NCBI RefSeq assembly: GCF_964355755.1 | Contig: NC_092676.1 | Span: 2,671,788-2,735,787, forward strand | Reading direction: 5' to 3' | Origin: Antedon mediterranea | Lineage: Eukaryota; Animalia; Echinodermata | DNA length: 64,000 bases | In this document: piece by piece, positions 62,881 to 64,000 of the stretch | Layout: each line of letters begins with the position of its first letter | How positions within the stretch are numbered: the first letter of the stretch is position 1 | The notes under the pieces: model-generated | What the model saw: the letters and a program-made list of their open reading frames with translations, nothing else | The model's database searches: none | Told to the model about the DNA's origin: nothing | Position numbers and translations under genes: made by a program

Positions 62881-63630
62881 GTAGATGCATCAGGTCCAAC
62901 AAAATAAATTACAAACTTTTTTGTGTGTTTTATACATAAATTTTAATTATATATTAATTCCAATGAATTTTAATTTTTGACTAATTTAATAGAAAACATA
63001 TAACTGATATCTTTTGCTAATTTCAGGATTTATTAATAGGTACATATTACATTTTTTAGACAAGCATTATATTTTCTATAATTTGCTATTTTATTCAGTT
63101 AAATTTATATATTAATTTTAAAAACTAACATATATAATTTACTTATATACAATAATGATTATATTCGAATTGAGATGTATCTCAACATGTATAGAAGATT
63201 AAAGTATGTTCGCCTTAGAGTTACAAAGATAGCATTTTTATACTGTTGCCCGATCGGCATATTTAAAGTCTTAGTTGAGAGTGAGTATGTCCCGTTATGT
63301 AACAATTAGCGATGAATTAAGTATGTATCCATATATTATATATAATTTAGTTATACCTTAATTATATTTCATTTATTTTTATAGAAAATAAAATTTTGGC
63401 TACTAAGTGTTAGTAAACCTAAAACGTCTGGGTAGCCAATCAGGTGGTGTTTTAATCATGACACTAAGATCTGTGATAATGATCTTAATGATTTAGTGAT
63501 TTAGAGAATGATTACTTACAATGACTCCCATCATTTTAATCTTGTAAAAACTATCAGACATGATAACAGTATAATTATATAAAAAAAATCTTATACTACC
63601 GTGTATATATTTATAATATGTTATTATATA

Positions 63631-63791
63631 CTGTCAAGTCTTCGATAACTGGAGACGTAAACTGGACACTCTTGCTCACCAACAGCCTCCAGTCTAAAAA
63701 AAAAATCTGGGTTTTTACGAATCAGAACAAATTTTGATTAAAAGAAAATTCTAGCATGAGAGATGACGTCCTGTTTTCGGAGAACTGACTT
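63631..63791. mobile_element. Degenerate Tigger/pogo-like MITE
   Basis: TA flanks; imperfect TIRs CTGTCAAGTCTTCGATAACTGGA / TCCTGTTTTCGGAGAACTGACTT; related end fragment at ~60986-61040. Confidence 0.45.
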
Positions 63792-64000
63792 TACACAATA
63801 ATATAATTGTAAATTTGAACATTTATTAATTAATTTGTTTATAAGATACACATTTTGGGTTTTTTTGTTGTAAAAAGTATAATTTTCTACCTCTAAAATT
63901 TAAGATGAACTACAATTTGCTGCTCTCTTGACAAAAGTCTGATTTAAAACAAGATGGGATTGTTAATTGAGTTAATTTAATTGTTTAATTTAATTTGAAT

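Noticed and set aside
62132-62910. Specific SoxD polyadenylation signal
   Set aside because: Several AATAAA hexamers occur in AT-rich DNA; none can be singled out without transcript data.

Overview
AT-rich eukaryotic (invertebrate metazoan) genomic DNA, not prokaryotic. A Deu/Nin-type SINE and the vertebrate-like SoxD motifs are compatible with an invertebrate deuterostome such as an echinoderm, but the species cannot be fixed from this window. One protein-coding gene is supported: a + strand SoxD-group (Sox5/6/13, Sox102F) HMG-box transcription factor. Its five coding exons (49733-50918, 54112-54272, 60011-60089, 60628-60789, 61189-61625) join in phase into 2025 nt / 674 aa, with the SoxD leucine-zipper/Q-rich coiled coil, the PLNLSS CtBP motif and the HMG box. 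The ~50 kb upstream has no other convincing CDS and reads as the gene's regulatory/5'UTR-intron domain, with candidate small non-coding exons, inverted Sox-site pairs and nuclear-receptor DR1 elements. It is densely filled with non-autonomous elements: about 18 copies of one Harbinger-like MITE, two Kolobok-like copies, piggyBac-like, Tc2/pogo-like, Academ-like and hAT-like elements, a Rex1/Babar LINE 3' fragment, three SINE types and several minisatellites. The most notable items are a chimeric 5S rRNA + tRNA + CORE-like SINE with a Rex/Babar-like tail (42961-43306), a Penelope-type inverted repeat carrying non-canonical hammerhead motifs (12068-12293), recurrent SoxE/SoxD-dimer-type palindromes, and MITE insertions just downstream of splice donors. 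Coordinates were read by eye, so repeat ends may be off by a few bases; family assignments are from motif recognition, not database searches.
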